Positions 8,801 through 16,156 of a DNA stretch of 64,000 bases are shown one piece after another (within the stretch, counting starts at the first letter, position 1; every line of letters begins with the position of its first letter). This DNA is from Candidatus Yonathbacteria bacterium. GTDB lineage: Bacteria; Patescibacteriota; Minisyncoccia; Phycocordibacterales; JACNGX01. Location of the stretch: assembly GCA_013334825.1 (NCBI GenBank), contig JAAXWR010000003.1, positions 37,167-101,166 on the forward strand, given 5' to 3'. The position numbers and the translations under genes were made by a program. Under the pieces are notes generated by a model, which was not told the origin of the DNA, searched no databases, and saw only the letters and a program-made list of their open reading frames with translations.

Positions 8801-10285
8801 AATCTCCTTACGAAGTTCATTCTCACTTTGCGAAACAAATGTTTCCATTTCCTCGTGCGTTATACCCGTGTGAGAAACAACAATAGGTGACGGCGTCGAA
8901 ACAACTCGTTCAATAACTCTCTCAAGAATGACCGGCGATTCTTTTTGTGGTGTATCTTTCTTGTCTGAAAGATGTGGAGTGGATGAAGTAGATGCATCCG
9001 CAGCAGACAACTCATCTGGAAGATGTTCAGATGCGTAAGAAGAAGTGTCCGTAGCAGATGTTGCCAACCCCTGAGACTTTGGAGATGTTTTTATCCCCGC
9101 GATAAAGCGATACAAACGAAGAGCAACAGTATCTATGTATGTTGTTACTTTTTCTCCTATACCAAAAACATTCGCGACCGTGCCTACTCGCAAGGATGCG
9201 AACATGTCATGGTGATAAAAATTTCTCTCCTGTATAGCGGTCGTTACACTCTCTCCCGCCTGATACATAACAGACGCAAGTGTATCGCCAACAAATGTTT
9301 CGCCTGCGACAAGTGTGTCACGCACTGATGTGAAGAAGGTGAAATATCCAGACGAAAAGGAAGATACTGTATCTGCGATAGTTCTTGTGTATGCAACTGC
9401 TTCTTTGCCTACGTGTTCTGTGAGGAAGGTATGAGAAAATGTGCGGGCAAGTGATGCGCGCATGTTTGCAAACGTCGTCATAAGCAATTCACCCGCGAAC
9501 GTACTGAGAGACGCGAGTGTTGCTGTCATCGCGTGTGTTGTTGTGGTGATGTTCGTCGCGACTGCATTCGTCGTGGTTGTCGTGGTACGCGCGATAGCAT
9601 CTGTGATGGTGTGCGTACCACGTGCGAGAGATGAGGTAAAAGTTTCCACCACATCAATAAACATGTCGTGTGTACCATGGGCAAATGTAGACACAAACGT
9701 AACTGTGGAGAGAGAGGTATCTTCTGTTGTTGTATCATAGTCACTGACTTCATAGTCACTGACTTCTTGTGATGATGTGGGTGAAAGAGACGCGACAACA
9801 TGTTGCAGAGGTGCTGAGACTTCAGAGACGACACGAGAAAGACCGCCCTCATGCGCGGAGAGTATTGCATCCCCCGCAAAAATAGTTGCGAGTACCAGGA
9901 CAGCCGTAAGTAAAAACTTTGCAGTCGCTCCCGTTGAGACAGTCGCTTCCGCAACCTCTTTTATGTGAGAAAATAACACCTTGTTATAGAGGGGTACACC
10001 CATCCCCCCATGCTTCAAGAATACCCCATATGCCTTCTTGGAACGAAGAGAGGATTCGGCAATACGTTTGAAAAATCGTTCGCGCTTTTTCCCTCCATAC
10101 GCGTCCATATACACACAGAGTGAATCAAGGTCAATGAAGCGTGTTCTGTTTTTTATTTCCCCTTTGAGACGACCGTTTCGTGCGAGCATGCTCAAATAAT
10201 CGGATGTGAATCCTGTCAATTCGGCGGCTTTTTTTGATGAAACATACTGCGTTCCTTTTGCAGTAGTAAACGAATCTCGTGACAT
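2819..10285 (-). CDS. giant (2488 aa) membrane-anchored surface protein with tail-fibre-like GIGTTSP repeats
   Basis: Single uninterrupted ORF. N-terminal excisionase-like HTH-like segment (KKAAELTGFTSDYLSMLARNGRLKGEI), one TM helix (FLLTAVLVLATIFAG), then about 2300 aa of Thr/Ser/Gly/Asn-rich beta-repeat sequence. Threefold repeats of about 350 aa (GNVGIGTTSPAQKLDIASGNVRIDNTTHASEYGIIYKGSDRFIHNFNYGLNGGG...) and twofold LAFGDGDTGFYE.SDDVLRLQTAGADRVTVL modules. Confidence 0.8.
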   Translation of the reverse strand: MSRDSFTTAKGTQYVSSKKAAELTGFTSDYLSMLARNGRLKGEIKNRTRFIDLDSLCVYMDAYGGKKRERFFKRIAESSLRSKKAYGVFLKHGGMGVPLYNKVLFSHIKEVAEATVSTGATAKFLLTAVLVLATIFAGDAILSAHEGGLSRVVSEVSAPLQHVVASLSPTSSQEVSDYEVSDYDTTTEDTSLSTVTFVSTFAHGTHDMFIDVVETFTSSLARGTHTITDAIARTTTTTTNAVATNITTTTHAMTATLASLSTFAGELLMTTFANMRASLARTFSHTFLTEHVGKEAVAYTRTIADTVSSFSSGYFTFFTSVRDTLVAGETFVGDTLASVMYQAGESVTTAIQERNFYHHDMFASLRVGTVANVFGIGEKVTTYIDTVALRLYRFIAGIKTSPKSQGLATSATDTSSYASEHLPDELSAADASTSSTPHLSDKKDTPQKESPVILERVIERVVSTPSPIVVSHTGITHEEMETFVSQSENELRKEIAKVSTVTGDNFRTIALTQRVDKLSGVDISRANIIASTFEGSITGTVGSFSGDVSVEGAASFTGDLSVTGDVSLADVLTIDTTTGLLSVGPGVSTRGIDGTGDVYISGALDVVSGIHVRNSMTVYDDTTSMTVTPSLIIIPNAEFSDITSTGNFSVTAGETGVDTATVSGFARIGFDTIGLTTVGSSSATPLTLLTPLAQEHSLFVENGIEALGNIVVGRNLYPETDVASDIGSLSKRFNNVYATNMVVDTISTAGQAIFNFEPIDTTYGKASLLVNPTAPLANSYLLGIGVAGTPRFSIKETGDAWLRGALTIAGNSYALTGGGLAFGDGDTGFYESSDDVLRLQTAGADRVTVLTDGKVGIGTTSPGAMLEAISSSEQLRLGYDATNNVKFTVGSGGDLTVRPNGNNFSIQPQAATYPTFKLTSNRTTGIGYSFEFLAKASNANRLIAVGTADGSHVIASDRTGTGTPTPIHFRVGNDWNSASTLLALDTSGNVGIGTTNPLQKLDIASGNVRIDNTTHASEYGIIYKGSDRFIHNFNYGLNGGGVTTEGYNTFIGINAGNFSMGSTATLTSHASYNTGIGQSALAANATGFYNSAIGAYALYSNGTGYRNSAIGAYALFANTSGSNNFGLGYQAGRYLADGSTANQASNNSVFLGNDTRALVAGGSNEIVIGANAIGLGSNSVVLGNDSIVTTVLKGNVGIGTTSPAQKLDIASGNVRIDNTTHASEYGIIYKGSDRFIHNFNYGLNGGGVTTEGYNTFIGINAGNFTMGSTATSASQASYNTAVGNSALPSNTTGNLNLAFGSRSLNSNTTGSANVAIGHGSLYNNTTGSNNVAVGRYAGRYLADVSSNETSNNSLFFGNETRALAAGGSNEIVIGASAIGLGSNSVVLGNSSITTTALRGNVGVGVDSPLAKLHLNGGTGALSTGLAFGDGDTGFYEASDDVLRLQTAGADRVTVLADGKVGIGTTGPNAKLEVSGSILASASGAQVTVGSSNKLQFTGDYAGSGDIPAGVYGGSSNGGYSLISGAASPGTNKLGGYYFSTGTGWLSSFEVANVASGYSNLLLMKGGGNVGIGTTSPAQKLDIASGNVRIDNTTHASEYGIIYKGSDRFIHNFNYGLNGGGITTEGGNTFIGINAGNFSMGSTATLTAHASYNTGIGQSALTSNTTGFQNSAIGSYALQNNTTGYNNSAIGREALRSNTTGYQNSAIGANAGRYLANGSTANQTSNNSLFLGYDTRASVAGGSNEIVIGASAIGLGSNTVVLGNDSIVTTVLKGNVGIGTIAPDRRLDVLDATNPQLRLTYTGGSVYTDFQTNSGGDLVITPSGGDARIAGTFGIQSGSYATIFQAGAQSANITYTLPTTSANGVLRNSGGTLSWDTASYPTGTGAAGHIPYWSSSSALTYDADGFFWDATNNYLGLGDMTPDSVLDILSATASNTQLSIGNTNAGNYDPQIGFQLVDGTTNIFTMGVDDSDSDKFKISGGSALGTNDRLVIDSSGNVGIGTTSPSAFLHVLGTTEQFRLGYDASNYLSMVVSSGGMVTLDATGTSSGFTFSDAVTVNGTISTGGNYVMRTSYGTSAPAFSNDGEFGIARVSASNRIYYQSNGNRYFIWNDGAGDLSEFFDNEEGEPFDFGEVVCLSSERDDAVKRCDASSDAFVIGVVSETGSRWNDNEEGTKYDSPEQYVNVGLLGHVPTKVSLENGPIRRGDYITSSSQAGVAMKAIGPGQVIGRALDAYDGESGEVGKIMVMVQSVWWGGNTADAGRDIKHIEELIEDPQEALETLLSTNIYRFHYKEGMGTGDTITEYMGVMGDESPWATQYNGSMTNPTNTLGYMVLGFQAINERFNNFVDEPVVKEEGKTLIGRLLERINTWLSDAGNGIASITAKVFKSERVETKELCLEDVCVTKEQLRTLLEQRGMNTGNGGTTDAPAVEQLPPVTETVAPTQDVLPILDATQEVSIVPDVVVEVPANPEISVPAEQPVQGEVPVLESI
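4950..7330. repeat. near-identical intragenic DNA repeats (200-400 bp units) inside the giant gene
   Basis: Segments about 5370-5592, 6481-6712 and 7100-7320 are near-identical (...gaagcggtcagagcctttgtagataatgccgtattcagatgcatgagtggtgttgtcaatccgaacattgcccgaagcgatgtc...). A second family at about 4960-5160, 6090-6290 and 6700-6900. A third at about 5880-6060 and 7700-7860. Confidence 0.8.
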
Positions 10286-10403
10286 TTAGTATTATTTTAC
10301 AATATTATTTCGTCACCCGCTCTCTTTTTTTCTCAAAACTGTGGATAAATAAAACAAGATAAAATCATGACGAAATATCTTTATAGAACAACACCATTTC
10401 ACC

Positions 10404-11174
10404 TTATAACGCAAACATTATACTTTCTATTGCATCATACAATGGTGTCCCTCCTCTATGCGCATCGTGATATGCGTGCACTAAACATTTTGAGAAGTCC
10501 TGCAGTTCTTGGCTAGAAAAATGTTCTGCCGCGCGTTTGCTTTTATTAAAGACAAATTGTTTGATACCCGCTTCATCAGCCGTCTTACATATCTTGGATA
10601 CATACAGGGATTTCACTTGCCAAAAGAGCATGCCATGGATTTCTTCTGCTTGGATATCGCACATGCGCGCGCGGCAAAGAAGCGCCCACGCGCGCTTTTT
10701 ATCCCGTGCGGCAAACGCATCAGAAATATCAAATGTCGAAAAACCAGCGCACATTGTGCCAAGTGGAGACATCTGCGCGGTATGTTGCGCGGGCGCGGCA
10801 TGTCGATATATGGACTTTTCCGTATCATAGATATAGACGCGTTCGGCGTACTTTTCAAAAATCTTTTTTGTTTTGGCATCGACTTTTGTTTCGTACAAAA
10901 GAAATATGTTCTCAGACGTTGCCATGTCGGGAAGTATTGGGACAAGTGCTTCACGTGCATGCTCATCAATGAAAATACCATCAAGTATCACAAGTGACCT
11001 ACCACCAAAAAGACCCACACTTCGCGCAAGCGTCGCAAGTGTCGCTATGTCAAACGTATCCGCATCAAAGACCGACACAGAGGCATCAGGACGCTTCTGT
11101 ATAAGCGTATCGCGGAGTGCTATAAATTTCGCGCGACTTATTACAGTATTGGTACCAAGAGTGATGTAAAGCAT
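10404..11174 (-). CDS. holA: DNA polymerase III delta subunit
   Basis: Delta-subunit-like clamp-loader fold features (conserved Arg/Leu-rich N-domain; LFWQVKSLY...LYDAIESIM tail). The ORF track extends to 11276, but MLYITLG at 11174 is the likely start because the upstream part translates an intergenic repeat. Confidence 0.55.
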   Translation of the reverse strand: MLYITLGTNTVISRAKFIALRDTLIQKRPDASVSVFDADTFDIATLATLARSVGLFGGRSLVILDGIFIDEHAREALVPILPDMATSENIFLLYETKVDAKTKKIFEKYAERVYIYDTEKSIYRHAAPAQHTAQMSPLGTMCAGFSTFDISDAFAARDKKRAWALLCRARMCDIQAEEIHGMLFWQVKSLYVSKICKTADEAGIKQFVFNKSKRAAEHFSSQELQDFSKCLVHAYHDAHRGGTPLYDAIESIMFAL

Positions 11175-11325
11175 ATGCGAGTTGCGAGCACACTTACGAA
11201 TAACGAATGTGTACGAATATACGAATGATATATAACATGTGTGAAAGAAACTTTTTATTCGTATATTCGTACACATTCGTTATTCGTATGTTCATATTTC
11301 TTCATTCACATCTCGTTTCGTAGGC
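11160..11325. repeat. intergenic repeat cluster: GCGAGTT heptads plus a 66-nt dispersed repeat
   Basis: gcgagttgcgag at 11177-11188 abutting the holA start; cacttacgaataacgaat (11191-11210); 66-nt element 11257-11322 near-identical to 15358-15423. Confidence 0.7.
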
Positions 11326-11365
11326 TCCCTGCACCACGCAAGATACAGAGCAGGCTCGACATGTA

Positions 11366-12283
11366 TTATTCAATGCGTTCATTTGTTATCGCAACAAGTC
11401 GTGTTCGGTATTCTTCTTCATCAATGGCTCCATTGGCATAGAGTTTTTCTACACCGGCGAGGTATTGTTCTTTCACTTCTTGAGCGGTAAGAGAACGGGC
11501 GTAGATACGGACGTCGTCGATAATGCCATCCCAAAATCTATTACTATAATGCCAGCCAATGACTGTCTTGGTTGGTGTAAAAACCCCAGGAACTATATTC
11601 GTCAAATGTGTTTTTTTTATCACACCATTCAAATATATCTTCACTGAAGACCCATCATACGTACCCATGACATGATACCATTCACCTGTATTTAAGATAT
11701 TCTCAGTCGTTACGATATTTTCTGTGGAGGATGTCCCGTTTGCAACTGAAAATACTAAACTATTATTACTGCCCGAAAAAAGCACCAGCCTTAACTGAGC
11801 CCACGCAGGACCTACTTCACTTGAAAAGATCGTCATCTTAGTAGGATTCCAATGGCTAGCTTTTACCCATGCTGAAACAGCGCCTTGGTTGGGGTTTATA
11901 ACTGTGGCATTATTTAGATTAACATAATCATTCACCCCATCAAACGACAACGCATATTTACTCACCCCCGCATTGTAGGTATCGGTGGTAAAGGTTGCAC
12001 CAGATATGGTACCGTGATTACCCCAACCAGACACATCTCTGACAGTAACGCCTGACCCTTCTTCGAAGTTCCACATACCGACTGCGTCGGCACCCATAAT
12101 ACGGTCGTTTTGGGCAGCAAATTGGAGTGCTGTTTTTTGTTTTGCATCATCACGTGCTTTGTTGACGCTGGCAAGGACGATGGAAGAAAGAAGTCCGATG
12201 ATGGAAACGACAACAAGGAGTTCGATGAGCGTGAAGGCGCGGTATGTTGATGCTCTCTGTGATGAGAACGATATGTGCATCAT
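11366..12283 (-). CDS. type IV pilin-like protein with C-terminal LamG/concanavalin-like domain
   Basis: Prepilin N-terminus RAFTLIELLVVVSIIGLLSSIVLASV (class III signal with conserved Glu). C-terminal Laminin_G_3-like segment (DGVNDYVNL...GEWYHVMGTYDG...IYLNGV...DDVRIYARSL). Start chosen at ATGATG 12283, downstream of the TGCTATACT motif; the ORF track extends to 12415. Confidence 0.7.
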   Translation of the reverse strand: MMHISFSSQRASTYRAFTLIELLVVVSIIGLLSSIVLASVNKARDDAKQKTALQFAAQNDRIMGADAVGMWNFEEGSGVTVRDVSGWGNHGTISGATFTTDTYNAGVSKYALSFDGVNDYVNLNNATVINPNQGAVSAWVKASHWNPTKMTIFSSEVGPAWAQLRLVLFSGSNNSLVFSVANGTSSTENIVTTENILNTGEWYHVMGTYDGSSVKIYLNGVIKKTHLTNIVPGVFTPTKTVIGWHYSNRFWDGIIDDVRIYARSLTAQEVKEQYLAGVEKLYANGAIDEEEYRTRLVAITNERIE

Positions 12284-12472
12284 GATAGATATAGTATAGC
12301 ATGTGCGAGTTGCGAGTTGCGAGTTAATAATTATGTGGTGGATATAGCATTTGTCAGTTTTTCTCTGTATTTCATTTTCCAAAGCATCAAACAACACATG
12401 CCAAATCACAAACAAATATCAATCATCAAATGCTAAAACGTTGTTTGAATATTAGGTATTAGAATTTGAATA

Positions 12473-14908
12473 TTATTTGGATTTTGAGGATTGAGATTTA
12501 GAATTTCCATTATTTGCTACCACTTCCATCTTCCCCCATCGTACCCCTTTTGACGCATTGACGACAAGTGGCACGGGAAGTTCTACGGCATATTCCATCG
12601 CCTGTTTGATAAGAGGAATGGCTTCACCCACGTTATCCGTATCTACTTCAAAAAGTAGTTCGTCATGCACCTGGAGAAGGAGCCGTACATGCGTCTCATA
12701 TCCTGCCTCATGTATGGCATCATCGACTTTTTTCATTGCAATTTTAATAATATCCGCAGCGGTCCCTTGAATCGGTGCATTCATCGCTTGTCGCTCCGCC
12801 CCCGCACGAATATAGGGAATGTGCGAGCGTATCTCGGCAAGACGTCGCTTTCGTCCAAACATTGTCGTGGTAAAACCGTCTCGTGCCACGCCCTGCTTCA
12901 CTGTATCAAAATACTCGCCCACACGCGGAAATCGTTCGAAATAATGATCATAAAACATCCGTGCTTCGGCAAGCGTCCCCCCCATTGTGGCGCGGAGCGC
13001 TTGCACTCCCATGCCATACACAATACCAAAGTTTATCACTTTTGCTTTGCGTCGCATGTCCTTTGTCACTTCATGGGGAGCTACGCCAAAAACCTGCTCG
13101 GCAACTGCCGTATGAATGTCATACCCTTCATTGAACGCGGACACGAGTGTTTCGTCTCCCGAAAGCGCGGCAAGTACACGCATCTCAATTTGTGAATAAT
13201 CAAACGCACACAGTAGTGTCCCTTCCGGCGCGACAAACGCATCACGAATAATAATTCCTTCTCCTTGTGTTGGAATATTTTGTAAATTTGGTCCCGACGA
13301 GGAAAAGCGCCCTGTTGTGGTGCCTGTTTGGTCAAGGTGCGTATGCACACGACCATCAGCATCTGCAAGCGCGGGAAGTGTATCAACGTATGTAGAAACA
13401 AGCTTCTGGAGCTCGCGATACGCAAGTATGTTTTCAATAATCGGATGCGCGTCTTTTAATTTTTCAAGTTCTGATTCACGCGTGCTTCGCGCACCACCCG
13501 CTGTCTTTTTCAGTCCTTTTACAGTAAGCCCCAAAACATCAAACAATATCTCGCCAAGTTGTTTTGGTGAATTGATATTAAACTCTTGTCCCGCGAGCGC
13601 ATAGATATCCTTTGCCATATCATCGAGACGCGCGTGATAGGTAACAGATAGTTCCTCAAGAAACGGTTTATCAATGCGAATACCACGAAGTTCCGCTGCG
13701 GTGATAATAGGGGCAATGGGCATTTCAATATCACGCCACACGGACAGCAACCCATCCGCTTCAAGGTCATCCATAATGCGCGCACGTGCACGCGAAAAAT
13801 CGCGCGTCCCCGCATACGCATAGATGTCATCAAGTGACGGATTGGTCGTATCTGACGCGAGAAGCCAAAGTGCGATGGCGGTCTCACGGATTTCCGTAGG
13901 GTCGGGCGGGGCGCCTTCATCGGAAGGCGCCCCGCCCGACATATCATCATCATTCGTCACATCCCCTTCCGTGCCAAGAAGCGCGCGAAAACGCGGGATA
14001 AGAGAGCGAAATTCAAGCGTATGAAAAAGCCCTTCTACACGAGAAGTATCGAGCGCCTCGCGCCACGTATTATCAGGCAACACAAAAGACACAGGGGCAT
14101 CGCGCCGAATCGTCGCGAGTGTTTTTGAAAATAATGCTTCGTCTTCACCGTCAGTAAGCAATTTTACAACACGTGGAGAGAGCCCTGCTTTTCTCAATGT
14201 TTCCTCTCCTTCTTTTTTGAGACATGTATAGATATCTTCAATAGAACCAAACGTAGCTACCAGTGTCGTTGCTGTTTTTTCACCAATACCCGCAATGCCG
14301 ATAATATTATCAGAAGGGTCACCACGAAGTCCTTTATAGTCAGGGAGAAGACGTGGCCCAAAACCAAAACGTTCTCGTACAGCATCTTCGTTATACATGA
14401 TCGTATCATTCAACCCTTTTTTTAATGTATATACGCGGACACTATTATTCTCCACAAGTTGTAGTGTATCCATATCACCAGACGCAATCACCACATCAAT
14501 ATCGGGATATGCCTTTCTTACTTGCGCGGCAATAGTTCCCAACACGTCATCCGCCTCAAAACCAACCGCTTCATACACAGGGATACCAAACACCGCAAAG
14601 ATATCACGCGAACGTATGATTTGCGACACAAGTGCGTCGTCCGTCTTCGCCCGACCAGCTTTATATCCATCATAGGCATCGTGCCGAAACGTAGGCTCAG
14701 GAAGGTCATAACACGCCACAATATAATCAGGGCGAAGTTCCTTAACAATATTCATAAGCATTGCCGACACTCCGTAGAGCCCTCCCGACGGCTCGCCTGC
14801 TGATGTAGAGAAATCGGGCAACGCATGATACGCACGATGAATAATAGCGTGCGCATCGAGAAGGACGAGGGTTTTTCGTTTGTGTATTACATCATGCATA
14901 TCTGTCAT
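12473..14908 (-). CDS. polA: DNA polymerase I (5'-3' exonuclease plus polymerase domains; no obvious 3'-5' exonuclease domain)
   Basis: N-terminal 5' nuclease motifs (LLDAHAIIHRAYHAL, GIAGIGEKTA). Pol A motifs RRKAKVINFGIVYGMG and QVHDELLFE. Confidence 0.9.
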   Translation of the reverse strand: MTDMHDVIHKRKTLVLLDAHAIIHRAYHALPDFSTSAGEPSGGLYGVSAMLMNIVKELRPDYIVACYDLPEPTFRHDAYDGYKAGRAKTDDALVSQIIRSRDIFAVFGIPVYEAVGFEADDVLGTIAAQVRKAYPDIDVVIASGDMDTLQLVENNSVRVYTLKKGLNDTIMYNEDAVRERFGFGPRLLPDYKGLRGDPSDNIIGIAGIGEKTATTLVATFGSIEDIYTCLKKEGEETLRKAGLSPRVVKLLTDGEDEALFSKTLATIRRDAPVSFVLPDNTWREALDTSRVEGLFHTLEFRSLIPRFRALLGTEGDVTNDDDMSGGAPSDEGAPPDPTEIRETAIALWLLASDTTNPSLDDIYAYAGTRDFSRARARIMDDLEADGLLSVWRDIEMPIAPIITAAELRGIRIDKPFLEELSVTYHARLDDMAKDIYALAGQEFNINSPKQLGEILFDVLGLTVKGLKKTAGGARSTRESELEKLKDAHPIIENILAYRELQKLVSTYVDTLPALADADGRVHTHLDQTGTTTGRFSSSGPNLQNIPTQGEGIIIRDAFVAPEGTLLCAFDYSQIEMRVLAALSGDETLVSAFNEGYDIHTAVAEQVFGVAPHEVTKDMRRKAKVINFGIVYGMGVQALRATMGGTLAEARMFYDHYFERFPRVGEYFDTVKQGVARDGFTTTMFGRKRRLAEIRSHIPYIRAGAERQAMNAPIQGTAADIIKIAMKKVDDAIHEAGYETHVRLLLQVHDELLFEVDTDNVGEAIPLIKQAMEYAVELPVPLVVNASKGVRWGKMEVVANNGNSKSQSSKSK

Positions 14909-15521
14909 GAAACATAGAGACAGTATATCAGATAGGCGTCGAGTTGCGAGTACGATTACAGATGAAGAACCCTGATGCAGAGCATCGAAATATTGAGAAT
15001 AGCGAATGTCACGAATCGTAAAACAAGAACTGGCGACTCTTCATCTAGCATCAAGTTCAGGATGACACTCTTTTCCATCTGTCATTCTGTGCTTGCCCCA
15101 GAATCCACGTCGGAGGCGTTATGTATTATTCCATTGACGTGGATCCTGAATCAAGTTCAGGATGACGAACGAGAGGGTTTAGGATGGCGGACAGTGGCGT
15201 TCAGGACGACGGATCTTGTTGAGTTACGAATTATAAGTTTCAAGAACACTTACGAATAACGAATACGATTTCTTTTTCATTTTATAGTTTTCTTCTTCAT
15301 ATTTCTATTTTCTTATTTCATCGTTTATCGTTTTTTATAGTTTATCGTTTCTTAGTCATTCGTATATTCGTACACATTCGTTATTCGTATGTTCATATTT
15401 CTTCATTCACGTCCCGTTTCGTATGTTCGTACAAGTTCGTAATTCGTAACCCTTAATTCTTGATTCGTGCTTCGTGATTCTTGATTCGAGTGTTCGTCCC
15501 TATCACCTCTCACCTATTTCC
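14909..15521. repeat. 613-bp intergenic region with direct and inverted repeats plus dispersed repeat copies
   Basis: TCAAGTTCAGGATGAC at 15051-15066 and 15151-15166 (exactly 100 nt apart; partial third copy about 15197-15212). IR CCACGTC/GACGTGG (15105-15142). cgtttatcg-type AT-rich repeats at 15266-15357. 66-nt element at 15358-15423. Confidence 0.7.
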
Positions 15522-15986
15522 TCATGCCCCACCCCGTTTCATATTCCTCATAGATATCTTTCGCGTTTCCTCATCCACATGCGTAAACACCATTGGTATC
15601 ATGTCTTTCGGTAGTATATGCTCCACCCGCTCTGGCCATTCAATACACACAAGGTTGTGCGGTTCAGCAACAATACCATGCCATCCAAGCGATGACATGG
15701 TATCGCCTTCGTCAAGACGATAGGCATCAATATGCACAAGACGACGAAACAAAGTTCCTGGATGTTCAGGAATTATATATGTTCGCAGGAGTGCAAATGT
15801 AGGACTCGTCACTGTTTCCTTGATACCAAGCTCATGGGCAAGTGCTTTGACAAACGCTGTCTTTCCCGCACCAAGGTCGCCCGAGAGAGCAAGGACAGTC
15901 GCGGCGTTTTCGCTTCGCGAAAACGCCGCGACTACTTCCCGCGCAACAACATTCATCTCTTGTATACCACGCACAATATATTCCAT
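15522..15986 (-). CDS. tsaE: tRNA threonylcarbamoyladenosine biosynthesis protein TsaE
   Basis: LSGDLGAGKTAFVKALAHELGI...VTSPTFALL (P-loop plus SPTF motif). Confidence 0.85.
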   Translation of the reverse strand: MEYIVRGIQEMNVVAREVVAAFSRSENAATVLALSGDLGAGKTAFVKALAHELGIKETVTSPTFALLRTYIIPEHPGTLFRRLVHIDAYRLDEGDTMSSLGWHGIVAEPHNLVCIEWPERVEHILPKDMIPMVFTHVDEETRKISMRNMKRGGA

Positions 15987-16081
15987 ACACCCAGAATATA
16001 CGTCTCTCTACACACACGCAAGCCTAAATCTATGCGGAACCTATGCGGAAAGAACGCAGAACTTCGCGGACGAAACAACCC

Positions 16082-16116
16082 CACACTGAACGTGCGGGGT
16101 TGTTTCGTTTATAGTT
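16082..16116 (-). terminator. stable hairpin downstream of the surface-protein gene (candidate terminator/stabilizer)
   Basis: GAAACAACCCCGCAC-gttcag-GTGTGGGGTTGTTTC on the minus strand (15-bp stem with one G-U); no clear U-tract on the minus strand. Confidence 0.35.
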
Positions 16117-16156
16117 TACGGTTTTTTCTTTTTATAATTTACCGTTTACCGTTCCT

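Noticed and set aside
2819-10285. Prophage, inferred from tail-fibre-like repeats
   Set aside because: No capsid, terminase, portal, integrase or lysis genes nearby; the repeats sit in a TM-anchored chromosomal giant protein typical of small-genome bacteria
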